64,000 nt of DNA from Alphaproteobacteria bacterium (GCA_963422645.2 CAXXVO010000007.1:1-64000), one strand, 5' to 3'. Positions 13,174 to 23,407 are shown, numbered from the stretch's first letter. A program made the numbers and translations. Notes: a model not told the origin generated them from the letters alone.

Positions 13174-14670
13174 ATGAGCAATCCCGAGTCGCCGCGCGGC
13201 CCTTCGACGGGAGCAGCGCCCGAAACGCCCGCGCAGAAGATCGCCCGCCTGGAGGAGGAGAACGCCCGGCTTCGGGAGGAAAATGCCTGGCTTCGGCAGC
13301 AGAACGCGCGGCTGGAAGAGCAAGTCGCGCGTCTCGTCGAGCGCATCGAGGAGTTGGAGCGCCGTCTCGGCCTCAACAGCGGCAAGCCGCCTTCGAGCGA
13401 TGGGCTGAGGAAGCCGAATTCGAAGCGGCGAACCCGAAGCCTGCGCGGCAAATCGGGCCGCAAGCCCGGTGGCCAGCCCGGCCACAAGGGCAAGACGCTG
13501 CGCCGCGCCGATCACCCGGATCGGGTGAAGGATCACGTCCCGGCTTCCTGCAAGGGATGCGGTTCGCCGCTTTCGGACGCGGCCAGGGCGGGAACGCCCG
13601 TCGCCCGCCAGGTGTTCGATCTGCCCGAGCCGAGCCCCCTGGAGGTGACCGAGCACCGGGCGCATGCCAAGTGCTGCGGGCATTGCGGGACGGTGACCCG
13701 GGCGGCGTTCCCCGACGGGGTGTCGGCGCCGGTGCAGTACGGCCCGCGCATTGCCGGGGTGGCGGTCTACCTTCAGCACGCTCACTTCCTGCCGGAGGAT
13801 CGGCTGTCGCAGGTGATGGCCGAGCTCTTCGGCGCGCCGGTGACGGCTGCGACGTTGGCGACGATGAGCGAGAGGGCGGCCGAGCGGCTGCGGGACGCGG
13901 CCTTGCACATACAGGACCTGGCGGCGGGCACGGCGCGGGTGAAACACATGGACGAGACCGGCTTGCGGATCGGCGGTCAGACGCAGTGGCTTCATGTGAT
14001 CTGCACGCCGCTGCTGGCGGCGTACCGGGTCAGCGGCAAGCGCGGCGCCCTGCTCTCGGGTGTCTCCGGCATCGTCGTGCACGATCACTGGAAGCCGTAC
14101 TTCGCGATGGAAGGGGTGGAGCACGGCCTGTGCAACGCCCATCACCTGCGGGAGTTGCAGGCGCTGGTGGACATCGAAGGGGAGGCTTGGGCCCGGCGGA
14201 TGCAGCAGCTCCTGCGCCGAGCCAATCGCGCCGCCCGCATCGCGCTGGACAAGGATATCGCCGTTCCGGCGAGGCTTGTGGCGCTGATCGAGCGCCGATA
14301 CGACGAGATCATCGCCGATGCGCTGGCCTTTCACGAGAGCCAACCACCGTTCTCGCCTGGCAAGAGGAAGAAGCGCCGGAAGCGAAGGATCGGTCACAAT
14401 CTGGCCTTGAGGCTGCGCGACCACAAATGCGCGGTGCTCCGGTTCCTGATCGACCTCGAGGTCGGGTTCACGAACAACGAGGCCGAGCGCGACCTTCGGA
14501 TGATGAAGCTGCGCCAGAAGATCTCCGGGGGCTTCCGGTCCGCGCAGGGGGCCGAGAACTTCGCCATCCTGCGCAGCGTCATCACCACCGCCAGAAAGCA
14601 GGGCTGGAATATCATCGAAGCCCTGACCAGCCCATCGGATCGGCTCATCGCCACCGTCAAGTGCGCGTAA
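13174..14670 (+). CDS. IS66 family transposase (TnpC-like), copy A1
   Basis: Coiled coil, KPPSSDG, GGQPGHKG, CxxC zinc motifs, HMDETG, HDHW, CNAHHLREL, TNNEAERDLR. Confidence 0.95.
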   Translation: MSNPESPRGPSTGAAPETPAQKIARLEEENARLREENAWLRQQNARLEEQVARLVERIEELERRLGLNSGKPPSSDGLRKPNSKRRTRSLRGKSGRKPGGQPGHKGKTLRRADHPDRVKDHVPASCKGCGSPLSDAARAGTPVARQVFDLPEPSPLEVTEHRAHAKCCGHCGTVTRAAFPDGVSAPVQYGPRIAGVAVYLQHAHFLPEDRLSQVMAELFGAPVTAATLATMSERAAERLRDAALHIQDLAAGTARVKHMDETGLRIGGQTQWLHVICTPLLAAYRVSGKRGALLSGVSGIVVHDHWKPYFAMEGVEHGLCNAHHLRELQALVDIEGEAWARRMQQLLRRANRAARIALDKDIAVPARLVALIERRYDEIIADALAFHESQPPFSPGKRKKRRKRRIGHNLALRLRDHKCAVLRFLIDLEVGFTNNEAERDLRMMKLRQKISGGFRSAQGAENFAILRSVITTARKQGWNIIEALTSPSDRLIATVKCA

Positions 14671-15080
14671 GCTCACCTGGCACGGGTTCTCCAACAGCGG
14701 AGCCATTCTCATAAACGATCATGGTCGACGCCGTGCTGGACCACCCCATAGAATGAAAATCGGTGCCCGTCGCGCGGGCGGACTTCGGGCCACATCGGGG
14801 TAGCTTACCGGTCGCAGTCCGCAAGAGGGGCATCGTGAGCTGTGAAACCCGGCGACCACAGAGGAGCACACGGGCGTCGCGTGGGTAGCGTTGTGCCGAA
14901 TCCCAGAGAATTTTCGTAACTGCCCAGGTACCCCCTCTCTCTTATGGAACAAGCCAGTTCCTTTTGCGTCAACGCCCCCACGCCGCGGGGGTGCCTACTC
15001 TCTTGAGCGCGAGAGGATGATGAACGCCGCGTCGCGAACAAGATGAGAGGACAGCGATACTCAGGATGAGCCGGAGAAGT

Positions 15081-16621
15081 TCAGGAGCGCAGTATAGGGA
15101 TCAGCTGCATCGGTTCCGGGTGCGCCAGGATTTGCAGGATGTTCCAGCCTTGCTTTCGAGCGGTGACGATGACGCTGCGCATTCCGGCGAAGTTGCAGGC
15201 GCCTTGCAGGGAGCGGAAGCCGCCTGAGATCTTCTCATGCACTTTGTTCATACGGATGTCACGCTCCGCCTCGTTATTCGTGAACGGCGTGCGCAGGTCG
15301 GTGAGGAAGCGCAGGCAGCCCTCCTTATGCTTTTGAAGGCGGCGCGCGAGGTTGTGGCCGATGCGGCGTTTCTTTCGCCCTCGCTTTGCGATCTGGAGCG
15401 GCGGTTGGGCCTCATGGAAGGCGATGGCTTCTTCGAGGATACGGTCCCATGCCCTTGAGATGCGGGCCACCAGGGAGGCGGGGACTTGACGGTCTTTCTC
15501 ACGGGCGAAGCGGGCGGCCCTGCGCGCGCGCTGAAGCAGGCGGTGCATGCTCGCCGCCCATTCCTCCTTCTCGATGTCGATCAGGGCCTGGAGTTCGCGC
15601 AGGTGATGTGCGTTGCAGGCGCCGTGGCGGACGCCCTTGATGGTGAAGTAGGGGGCGAAGTCGTCGTGGACGAGGATGCCTTTCAGGTTCTTTTCGACAT
15701 CGCCGCGTCCCTCGCCGATGCGCAGGACGGTGAGCAACGGGGTGCACAGCACATGGAGCCAGCGGGTACGGGCGGCGATACGCAGGCCGGTCTCGTCGAG
15801 GTGCTTGACCGGCGCCTGCGTGCGGATCAGATCGGCGACATGGTCGAGGAAGCCCTCGAAGCGCTGCGCTGTGCGCCGGCCCATGGCGGCGATCGTGGCA
15901 GTGGAGATGGACACCGCGAAGATGTCGCTCATGAGTTCGGCCAGACGCTTCTCGGGCACGAACTGGGCGTACAGCAGGTAACTCACCCAAGCGGTGATGC
16001 GAGGGCCGTACTGGACCGGGGCGGTGACGCCCGGCGGGAAGGCGGCTCGTGTCAGCGTGCCGCATGCGCCGCAGAGGCAGCGATGGGCGCGGTGTTCGGT
16101 GACCTCGAGAGGCTGCGGCTCGGGTACGTCGAAGACCTGCCGACAGGCGGGCGCGCCTTGCCGCGCGCGCTCACCGAGAGCTCGACGCCACAGCCGGAAC
16201 AGGTGGAGGGGTGGTGATCGACGACACGGTCCGGGCTGTCGCTCCGCGCGAGGGTGGTTCCCTTGTGGCCGGGCTGGCCGCCACTGGGCCCGCCGGACTT
16301 TCCGCGCTGGCTTTGGGTGCGCCTCTGGGCTCCGCTTTTCTTCTTGAGCCCGTCGCTGGCGGGGGGCTTGCTGCTTGTGGTGCTGTTGAGGGCCGCGCTG
16401 CGCTCGAGTTCGGCGATGCGCTCGCGCAGGGCCGCGTTCTCCTGCTCGAGTGCGGCATTTTCCCGGGCGAGCGCGGTGGCTGATCGCAGCAGCCCCTGCC
16501 CCCATTCCCGGACGGCAACGACGACAGTGGTTGCGAGGGATGATGGCTCGAGAAGCTCCTTCAGGCAGCAGAAGGCCTCGTTACGGGCGGCGAGGTCTTC
16601 GTGCCAGTGCGACACCGTCAC
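15081..16621 (-). pseudogene. IS66 transposase of B1, frameshifted by one extra CG in the (CG)n run at 16162-16170
   Basis: GTG at 16621 (VTVSHWHED) in one frame, GAPACRQVFD onward in another. Removing 2 nt gives LSVSARQGAP, collinear with B2 LSDADRHGAP. Confidence 0.85.
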
Positions 16622-17283
16622 GTGTCTTCGGCCTCGACGGCCATCATGGCGGCGAGCACGGCGAGGCGTTCGCCCGGCGGCAAGGCCTGGTAGCGCCGGC
16701 CCCAGTTGGCTGCCTTGCGCTTGATGCGCTGGCGGTCGGTGAAGTTCCGGCCTGCGTGGCTGGCCCAATGCATCCGGTCGGGGGCGTAGTTGAACCAGAC
16801 GACCTCGGTTCGCACCAGACCCTGGGTCGTGACCTGCAGCGCCAGCCGGCGCCATCCCGCCAGCACCTCGTCATAGAGCGCCGACGGATGGCCCGAGATC
16901 ATGACCTGGCAGGGCAGAGCCTTGAGCAGCGCGAGAAGCGCGACGTGGCCGGCCTCCTCGTACTCGAAGCGGTAGCGCTGCGCCGAGCGGCGGGTCGCGT
17001 GCAGATAGGGCGGATCGCTGTAAACCAGCTCCGGGCCCAGGAACGGGAACGAGGCCAGGAAGTCATGGGCACAGCCGTGAACCAGATCGACCGGGTAGTC
17101 GCAGACGAAGGCCTCGAGCGCCTGCGCATCGCGGTCGATGCCGATCGAACGCACGGCCGGCGGCTTGCGCTTCATCAGCGCCCCGCCCCCAAGGTGGCTT
17201 TCGATGTAGACGGAGTGCGGCGGCATCAGCGCAATCAGCGCTTGGCACAGACCTGCTGTCGCCTTCGAGCCGAAATACCCCAT
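16618..17283 (-). CDS. Dam-like (D12 class) N6-adenine DNA methyltransferase, IS passenger
   Basis: YFGSK, ESHLGGG (SAM-binding), YSDPPY (catalytic); stop overlaps the transposase start (GTGA). Confidence 0.88.
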   Translation of the reverse strand: MGYFGSKATAGLCQALIALMPPHSVYIESHLGGGALMKRKPPAVRSIGIDRDAQALEAFVCDYPVDLVHGCAHDFLASFPFLGPELVYSDPPYLHATRRSAQRYRFEYEEAGHVALLALLKALPCQVMISGHPSALYDEVLAGWRRLALQVTTQGLVRTEVVWFNYAPDRMHWASHAGRNFTDRQRIKRKAANWGRRYQALPPGERLAVLAAMMAVEAEDT

Positions 17284-17311
17284 GGACCGCTCCCGTCACG
17301 CGAGAGAGCAG

Positions 17312-17340
17312 TCCATAGTCCCGCAACTCTATGAGGTCAA
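17312..17340 (-). promoter_or_regulatory. Putative sigma70 promoter of the MTase-transposase operon (TTGACC-N17-TATGGA)
   Basis: Both boxes and the spacing are conserved in B2 while the spacer sequence diverges. Confidence 0.6.
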
Positions 17341-17464
17341 GAACCAATCGCGGTGGCAGAACCAGACCGCGGCCGCCGCCATAATCACCGTCCTCAACTC
17401 AGGATTGGGGTACCTGGGTAGTTACTAATTTTCACAGCAAGAACCTGGGCAGTTACGATTTTTC

Positions 17465-19343
17465 GTAACTGCCCAGGTTCTTGCTGTGAAAATTCTCTGG
17501 GATTCGGCACAACGCTACCCACGCGACGCCCGTGTGCTCCTCTGGGGTCGCCGGGTTTCACAGCTCACGATGCCCCTCTTGCGGACTGCGACCGGTAAGC
17601 TACCCCGATGTGGCCCGAAGTCCGCCCGCGCGACGGGCACCGATTTTCATTCTATGGGGTGGTCCAGCACGGCGTCGACCATGATCGTTTATGAGAATGG
17701 CTCCGCTGTTGGAGAACCCGTGCCAGGTGAGCTTACGCGCACTTGACGGTGGCGATGAGCCGATCCGATGGGCTGGTCAGGGCTTCGATGATATTCCAGC
17801 CCTGCTTTCTGGCGGTGGTGATGACGCTGCGCAGGATGGCGAAGTTCTCGGCCCCCTGCGCGGACCGGAAGCCCCCGGAGATCTTCTGGCGCAGCTTCAT
17901 CATCCGAAGGTCGCGCTCGGCCTCGTTGTTCGTGAACCCGACCTCGAGGTCGATCAGGAACCGGAGCACCGCGCATTTGTGGTCGCGCAGCCTCAAGGCC
18001 AGATTGTGACCGATCCTTCGCTTCCGGCGCTTCTTCCTCTTGCCAGGCGAGAACGGTGGTTGGCTCTCGTGAAAGGCCAGCGCATCGGCGATGATCTCGT
18101 CGTATCGGCGCTCGATCAGCGCCACAAGCCTCGCCGGAACGGCGATATCCTTGTCCAGCGCGATGCGGGCGGCGCGATTGGCTCGGCGCAGGAGCTGCTG
18201 CATCCGCCGGGCCCAAGCCTCCCCTTCGATGTCCACCAGCGCCTGCAACTCCCGCAGGTGATGGGCGTTGCACAGGCCGTGCTCCACCCCTTCCATCGCG
18301 AAGTACGGCTTCCAGTGATCGTGCACGACGATGCCGGAGACACCCGAGAGCAGGGCGCCGCGCTTGCCGCTGACCCGGTACGCCGCCAGCAGCGGCGTGC
18401 AGATCACATGAAGCCACTGCGTCTGACCGCCGATCCGCAAGCCGGTCTCGTCCATGTGTTTCACCCGCGCCGTGCCCGCCGCCAGGTCCTGTATGTGCAA
18501 GGCCGCGTCCCGCAGCCGCTCGGCCGCCCTCTCGCTCATCGTCGCCAACGTCGCAGCCGTCACCGGCGCGCCGAAGAGCTCGGCCATCACCTGCGACAGC
18601 CGATCCTCCGGCAGGAAGTGAGCGTGCTGAAGGTAGACCGCCACCCCGGCAATGCGCGGGCCGTACTGCACCGGCGCCGACACCCCGTCGGGGAACGCCG
18701 CCCGGGTCATCGTCCCGCAATGCCCGCAGCACTTGGCATGCGCCCGGTGCTCGGTCACCTCCAGGGGGCTCGGCTCGGGCAGATCGAACACCTGGCGGGC
18801 GACGGGCGTTCCCGCCCTGGCCGCGTCCGAAAGCGGCGAACCGCATCCCTTGCAGGAAGCCGGGACGTGATCCTTCACCCGATCCGGGTGATCGGCGCGG
18901 CGCAGCGTCTTGCCCTTGTGGCCGGGCTGGCCACCGGGCTTGCGGCCCGATTTGCCGCGCAGGCTTCGGGTTCGCCGCTTCGAATTCGGCTTCCTCAGCC
19001 CATCGCTCGAAGGCGGCTTGCCGCTGTTGAGGCCGAGACGGCGCTCCAACTCCTCGATGCGCTCGACGAGACGCGCGACTTGCTCTTCCAGCCGCGCGTT
19101 CTGCTGCCGAAGCCAGGCATTTTCCTCCCGAAGCCGGGCGTTCTCCTCCTCCAGGCGGGCGATCTTCTGCGCGGGCGTTTCGGGCGCTGCTCCCGTCGAA
19201 GGGCCGCGCGGCGACTCGGGATTGCTCATGTCGTTGTTGAGTCATTTCCCGAAATTCCCGTCAAGCCCTTTCCACCAACTCCGAACGAGAAACGCCTCAA
19301 TCCACTGGCCCAAAATGACAAATCAGACGACCTGGGCAGTTAC
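17465..19343 (-). mobile_element. IS66 element A, copy 2 (transposase 17733-19229)
   Basis: Near-identical to A1 and inverted; 8 bp from the A1 right end; flanks GATTTTTC and CATTTCCA. Confidence 0.95.
17733..19229 (-). CDS. IS66 family transposase, copy A2
   Basis: 498 aa; one V>M difference from A1. Confidence 0.95.
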   Translation of the reverse strand: MSNPESPRGPSTGAAPETPAQKIARLEEENARLREENAWLRQQNARLEEQVARLVERIEELERRLGLNSGKPPSSDGLRKPNSKRRTRSLRGKSGRKPGGQPGHKGKTLRRADHPDRVKDHVPASCKGCGSPLSDAARAGTPVARQVFDLPEPSPLEVTEHRAHAKCCGHCGTMTRAAFPDGVSAPVQYGPRIAGVAVYLQHAHFLPEDRLSQVMAELFGAPVTAATLATMSERAAERLRDAALHIQDLAAGTARVKHMDETGLRIGGQTQWLHVICTPLLAAYRVSGKRGALLSGVSGIVVHDHWKPYFAMEGVEHGLCNAHHLRELQALVDIEGEAWARRMQQLLRRANRAARIALDKDIAVPARLVALIERRYDEIIADALAFHESQPPFSPGKRKKRRKRRIGHNLALRLRDHKCAVLRFLIDLEVGFTNNEAERDLRMMKLRQKISGGFRSAQGAENFAILRSVITTARKQGWNIIEALTSPSDRLIATVKCA

Positions 19344-19417
19344 CATTTCCAACCGAAATATCCTGCATTCCGGCATGGAAATGCTCCGTCGGTGCTCACC
19401 GCCGGCTTGAGGCGGTT

Positions 19418-19666
19418 CTAGCGCCGACAGTGGGCGCCCGAGCGACGGTCTTCACCCGTCGCAGCCCTTCGCAACCGTGTTATTTCGTCCTTTACCTTGA
19501 GTTTTCGTCGCTTCAGGTGGGTTAGAGACAGTCCGTCGGGCGCCGGCCGGCAGGCCTCTTCCTGGATAGCCCGTTCGAGTCCGGCGTGCCTCGCGGCAAG
19601 CGTAGCGAGATAGTCATCGACCCCAATTTCAAAGGCCAGCGTGGCAGGGTCGAGCCGCGAGTACAT
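19418..19666 (-). CDS. YdcH/DUF465-like small protein
   Basis: L..RHAGLERAIQEE..RPAPD...LTHLKRRKLKVKDEI pattern. Confidence 0.75.
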   Translation of the reverse strand: MYSRLDPATLAFEIGVDDYLATLAARHAGLERAIQEEACRPAPDGLSLTHLKRRKLKVKDEITRLRRAATGEDRRSGAHCRR

Positions 19667-19832
19667 CAGTTAATGGACCTCACTGGGACAATCTCGTTGA
19701 AGCAGTCTAGAAGGCGAACCGGGGCAACCGTGAATCTGCCACCACTATGTCATATCGCGCGCCCTGCCGCCACGCCGTATCACGTTGTATCGCGTCGGAT
19801 GTGAATGAGTCGGCAAGTTCCCTCGTCTAAAC

Positions 19833-21720
19833 GTAACCGCCCAGGTTCTTGCTGTGAAAATTCTCTGGGATTCGGCACAACGCTACCCACGCGACGCCCG
19901 TGTGCTCCTCTGGGGTCGCCGGGTTTCACAGCTCACGATGCCCCTCTTGCGGACTGCGACCGGTAAGCTACCCCGATGTGGCCCGAAGTCCGCCCGCGCG
20001 ACGGGCACCGATTTTCATTCTATGGGGTGGTCCAGCACGGCGTCGACCATGATCGTTTATGAGAATGGCTCCGCTGTTGGAGAACCCGTGCCAGGTGAGC
20101 TTACGCGCACTTGACGGTGGCGATGAGCCGATCCGATGGGCTGGTCAGGGCTTCGATGATATTCCAGCCCTGCTTTCTGGCGGTGGTGATGACGCTGCGC
20201 AGGATGGCGAAGTTCTCGGCCCCCTGCGCGGACCGGAAGCCCCCGGAGATCTTCTGGCGCAGCTTCATCATCCGAAGGTCGCGCTCGGCCTCGTTGTTCG
20301 TGAACCCGACCTCGAGGTCGATCAGGAACCGGAGCACCGCGCATTTGTGGTCGCGCAGCCTCAAGGCCAGATTGTGACCGATCCTTCGCTTCCGGCGCTT
20401 CTTCCTCTTGCCAGGCGAGAACGGTGGTTGGCTCTCGTGAAAGGCCAGCGCATCGGCGATGATCTCGTCGTATCGGCGCTCGATCAGCGCCACAAGCCTC
20501 GCCGGAACGGCGATATCCTTGTCCAGCGCGATGCGGGCGGCGCGATTGGCTCGGCGCAGGAGCTGCTGCATCCGCCGGGCCCAAGCCTCCCCTTCGATGT
20601 CCACCAGCGCCTGCAACTCCCGCAGGTGATGGGCGTTGCACAGGCCGTGCTCCACCCCTTCCATCGCGAAGTACGGCTTCCAGTGATCGTGCACGACGAT
20701 GCCGGAGACACCCGAGAGCAGGGCGCCGCGCTTGCCGCTGACCCGGTACGCCGCCAGCAGCGGCGTGCAGATCACATGAAGCCACTGCGTCTGACCGCCG
20801 ATCCGCAAGCCGGTCTCGTCCATGTGTTTCACCCGCGCCGTGCCCGCCGCCAGGTCCTGTATGTGCAAGGCCGCGTCCCGCAGCCGCTCGGCCGCCCTCT
20901 CGCTCATCGTCGCCAACGTCGCAGCCGTCACCGGCGCGCCGAAGAGCTCGGCCATCACCTGCGACAGCCGATCCTCCGGCAGGAAGTGAGCGTGCTGAAG
21001 GTAGACCGCCACCCCGGCAATGCGCGGGCCGTACTGCACCGGCGCCGACACCCCGTCGGGGAACGCCGCCCGGGTCACCGTCCCGCAATGCCCGCAGCAC
21101 TTGGCATGCGCCCGGTGCTCGGTCACCTCCAGGGGGCTCGGCTCGGGCAGATCGAACACCTGGCGGGCGACGGGCGTTCCCGCCCTGGCCGCGTCCGAAA
21201 GCGGCGAACCGCATCCCTTGCAGGAAGCCGGGACGTGATCCTTCACCCGATCCGGGTGATCGGCGCGGCGCAGCGTCTTGCCCTTGTGGCCGGGCTGGCC
21301 ACCGGGCTTGCGGCCCGATTTGCCGCGCAGGCTTCGGGTTCGCCGCTTCGAATTCGGCTTCCTCAGCCCATCGCTCGAAGGCGGCTTGACGCTGTTGCCG
21401 CTGTTGAGGCCGAGACGGCGCTCCAACTCCTCGATGCGCTCGACGAGACGCGCGACTTGCTCTTCCAGCCGCGCGTTCTGCTGCCGAAGCCAGGCATTTT
21501 CCTCCCGAAGCCGGGCGTTCTCCTCCTCCAGGCGGGCGATCTTCTGCGCGGGCGTTTCGGGCGCTGCTCCCGTCGAAGGGCCGCGCGGCGACTCGGGATT
21601 GCTCATGTCGTTGTTGAGTCATTTCCCGAAATTCCCGTCAAGCCCTTTCCACCAACTCCGAACGAGAAACGCCTCAATCCACTGGCCCAAAATGACAAAT
21701 CAGACGACCTGGGCAGTTAC
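19833..21720 (-). mobile_element. IS66 element A, copy 3 (transposase 20101-21606)
   Basis: IRR variant GTAACCGCCCAGG; flanks GTCTAAAC and CTTTCTAG do not match. Confidence 0.95.
20101..21606 (-). CDS. IS66 family transposase, copy A3
   Basis: 501 aa, NSGNSVKPP variant. Confidence 0.95.
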   Translation of the reverse strand: MSNPESPRGPSTGAAPETPAQKIARLEEENARLREENAWLRQQNARLEEQVARLVERIEELERRLGLNSGNSVKPPSSDGLRKPNSKRRTRSLRGKSGRKPGGQPGHKGKTLRRADHPDRVKDHVPASCKGCGSPLSDAARAGTPVARQVFDLPEPSPLEVTEHRAHAKCCGHCGTVTRAAFPDGVSAPVQYGPRIAGVAVYLQHAHFLPEDRLSQVMAELFGAPVTAATLATMSERAAERLRDAALHIQDLAAGTARVKHMDETGLRIGGQTQWLHVICTPLLAAYRVSGKRGALLSGVSGIVVHDHWKPYFAMEGVEHGLCNAHHLRELQALVDIEGEAWARRMQQLLRRANRAARIALDKDIAVPARLVALIERRYDEIIADALAFHESQPPFSPGKRKKRRKRRIGHNLALRLRDHKCAVLRFLIDLEVGFTNNEAERDLRMMKLRQKISGGFRSAQGAENFAILRSVITTARKQGWNIIEALTSPSDRLIATVKCA

Positions 21721-21724
21721 CTTT

Positions 21725-21857
21725 CTAGAGCGTATCCGTTTCACACGGAACGCCCTGATTCTTTGTCGCTCACGGCAGCCGGCCTACGGCCGGCGCCTGC
21801 GCGGGCGGGCCGCGGTCGCGGCCTGTCGCGCGTCCGTCAAAGGCGGACGCGCTCTAG
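21725..21857. repeat. Intergenic palindromic repeat, copy 2 (CTAGAGCG...CGCTCTAG)
   Basis: Terminal inverted repeats; the right end includes the ubiB TAG; similar to 9211-9329. Confidence 0.75.
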
Positions 21858-23392
21858 AGGAGCTGTACAGCCAGAAGGCCCGCGAGCAGCGCGGCGATTA
21901 CGCCAAGCAGGATGGGCATCGTGCTGGCGCCGCGCCGGCGTCCGCCCATCGCCTCCAGCGTGTCGGGCGACAGCGAGACCCCCGCCTCCAGCCCGTCCAG
22001 CACCTGCTCGGCACGCGCAGCGAGGCGCGGCAGCCGGCCCGCCCCTTCCAGAAACTCCTCCGCCATGTCACGCATGCGCGCCTGAACGCCCAGGTTCTCC
22101 CGCGCCCAGCCCTCGATCAGCGGCCGGGTGAAGACCCACATGTTCTGGTCAGGGGTAAGCCGGCGGGTCAGCCCCTCGGCCATGAGCATCGTCTTCTGGA
22201 GCAGCAGGAGCTGGGGCTGGGTCTCCATCTCGAAGGCTTCGGTGATCTGGAAGAGCTGGCCGAGCAGCTGGGCGATGGATATCTCGTTGAGCGGCCGGCC
22301 CAGGATCGGCTCACCGATGGACCGCAGGGCCTGCACGAACGCCGCTCTCGAGGTCCGCCGCGGCACGTAGCCGGCCTCCAGATGCACTTCGGCGACGCGC
22401 TCGTAGTCGCCGATCAGGAATCCTAAGAGCATCTCGGCGAGATAGCGCCGGGTCTGGGTGTCGAGCCGTCCCATGATCCCGAAATCGACGGCGACCACGT
22501 TGCCCTCGGCGTTCACCAGCAGGTTGCCGGGGTGCAGATCGGCGTGGAAGAAACCGTCCCGAAAGGCCTGGTTGAAGAAGGCTTCGGCCGCCTTGCCCAG
22601 AACCTCGTGCGGGTCGTGGCCAGCCTCCACCAGGGCGTCGCGCTCGTCGATCGGGATGCCTTCGACGCGCTCCAGCGTGAGCACGCGGCGGCTGGTGCGC
22701 CGCCAATCGACCGCCGGCACCAGGAAGCCGGGGTCCTCGGCGAAGTTCTGGCGCAGCTCCGAGGCGGCGGCGGCCTCGAAGCGGAGGTCCATCTCGATCA
22801 TCACGCTCTGGGCAAGGGTGCGGATGACTTCGACCGGTCGCAGCCGGCGCCAGGAGGGCAGCGCCCGCTCGGCAAGCTCCGCGAGCCAGTAGAAGAGCTC
22901 CAGGTCGCGCTCGAAGGCGCGCTCGACACCGGGCCGGAGGATCTTGACCGCAACCGGCTCGCCGGTCGCGGTGACCGCAAAATGAACCTGCGCGATGGAG
23001 GCCGCCGCCACGGGCTCGTCGGTGAATTCCTTGAAGAGGGACTCCAGGGGCACACCGAACTCGGATTCCACGATGGCGCGCGCGGCCTTGCCCTCGAAGG
23101 GCGGCAGTCGGTCCTGCAGGGCGGAGAGTTCGGTGGCGATCTCGTCGCCCACCAGGTCCGGCCGGGTGGAGAGCGCCTGGCCGAACTTGATGAAGCTCGG
23201 GCCCAGCATCTGCAATGCGCCAGCGAGCCGCCGCCCCGGCGTGCCCAATCCCCGCTTCTTGGGTGCCATGCCGGCAAGAAAGGTGACCGACGGCACGAGG
23301 CCGTGGTCGCGCAGGAGAAAGAGCGCGTCCCAGCGCGCCAAGGTCCAGGCGATCCGCAGCAGCCGCCCGATATTTCTGAGCGCCCGGCGCAT
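21854..23392 (-). CDS. ubiB: Ubiquinone biosynthesis regulatory kinase UbiB
   Basis: LGPSFIKFGQALSTRPD, AAASIAQVH, GFFHADLHPGN, DFGIMG. Confidence 0.95.
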   Translation of the reverse strand: MRRALRNIGRLLRIAWTLARWDALFLLRDHGLVPSVTFLAGMAPKKRGLGTPGRRLAGALQMLGPSFIKFGQALSTRPDLVGDEIATELSALQDRLPPFEGKAARAIVESEFGVPLESLFKEFTDEPVAAASIAQVHFAVTATGEPVAVKILRPGVERAFERDLELFYWLAELAERALPSWRRLRPVEVIRTLAQSVMIEMDLRFEAAAASELRQNFAEDPGFLVPAVDWRRTSRRVLTLERVEGIPIDERDALVEAGHDPHEVLGKAAEAFFNQAFRDGFFHADLHPGNLLVNAEGNVVAVDFGIMGRLDTQTRRYLAEMLLGFLIGDYERVAEVHLEAGYVPRRTSRAAFVQALRSIGEPILGRPLNEISIAQLLGQLFQITEAFEMETQPQLLLLQKTMLMAEGLTRRLTPDQNMWVFTRPLIEGWARENLGVQARMRDMAEEFLEGAGRLPRLAARAEQVLDGLEAGVSLSPDTLEAMGGRRRGASTMPILLGVIAALLAGLLAVQLL

Positions 23393-23407
23393 GGCGAGGG
23401 TTCCGGG

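Larger units (their letters stand above)
14916..17425 (-). mobile_element. IS66-family element B1 carrying a DNA adenine methyltransferase
   Basis: Ends GTAACTGCCCAGGTACCCC and (reverse complement) GTAACTACCCAGGTACCCC; flanks GAATTTTC and TAATTTTC (7/8 duplication). Confidence 0.92.
13060..17456 (+). mobile_element. IS66-family (ISBst12-type, single ORF) element A, copy 1; right end interrupted by MTase element B1 at 14916-17425
   Basis: IRL GTAACTGCCCAGGT at 13060; IRR ...ACCTGGGCAGTTAC ends at 17456; flanks GGCTTGGA and GATTTTTC do not match. Confidence 0.92.

Noticed and set aside
14780-14915. Known riboswitch or ribozyme in the IS 3' region
   Set aside because: Only short fragments such as GGGGTAGC resemble known motifs; the core consensus elements are missing. 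Kept only as a low-confidence structured region.
16141-16180. Programmed frameshift in the B1 transposase
   Set aside because: There is no slippery A-run, and homologue B2 is continuous. A CG dinucleotide slippage explains it.
16618-17283. Restriction-modification system
   Set aside because: No endonuclease or specificity gene is nearby, and the MTase lies inside IS ends.
17401-17500. CRISPR-like array from repeated GTAACT/AGTTAC motifs
   Set aside because: These are stacked IS terminal inverted repeats. No regular repeat-spacer array or cas gene was seen in the window.
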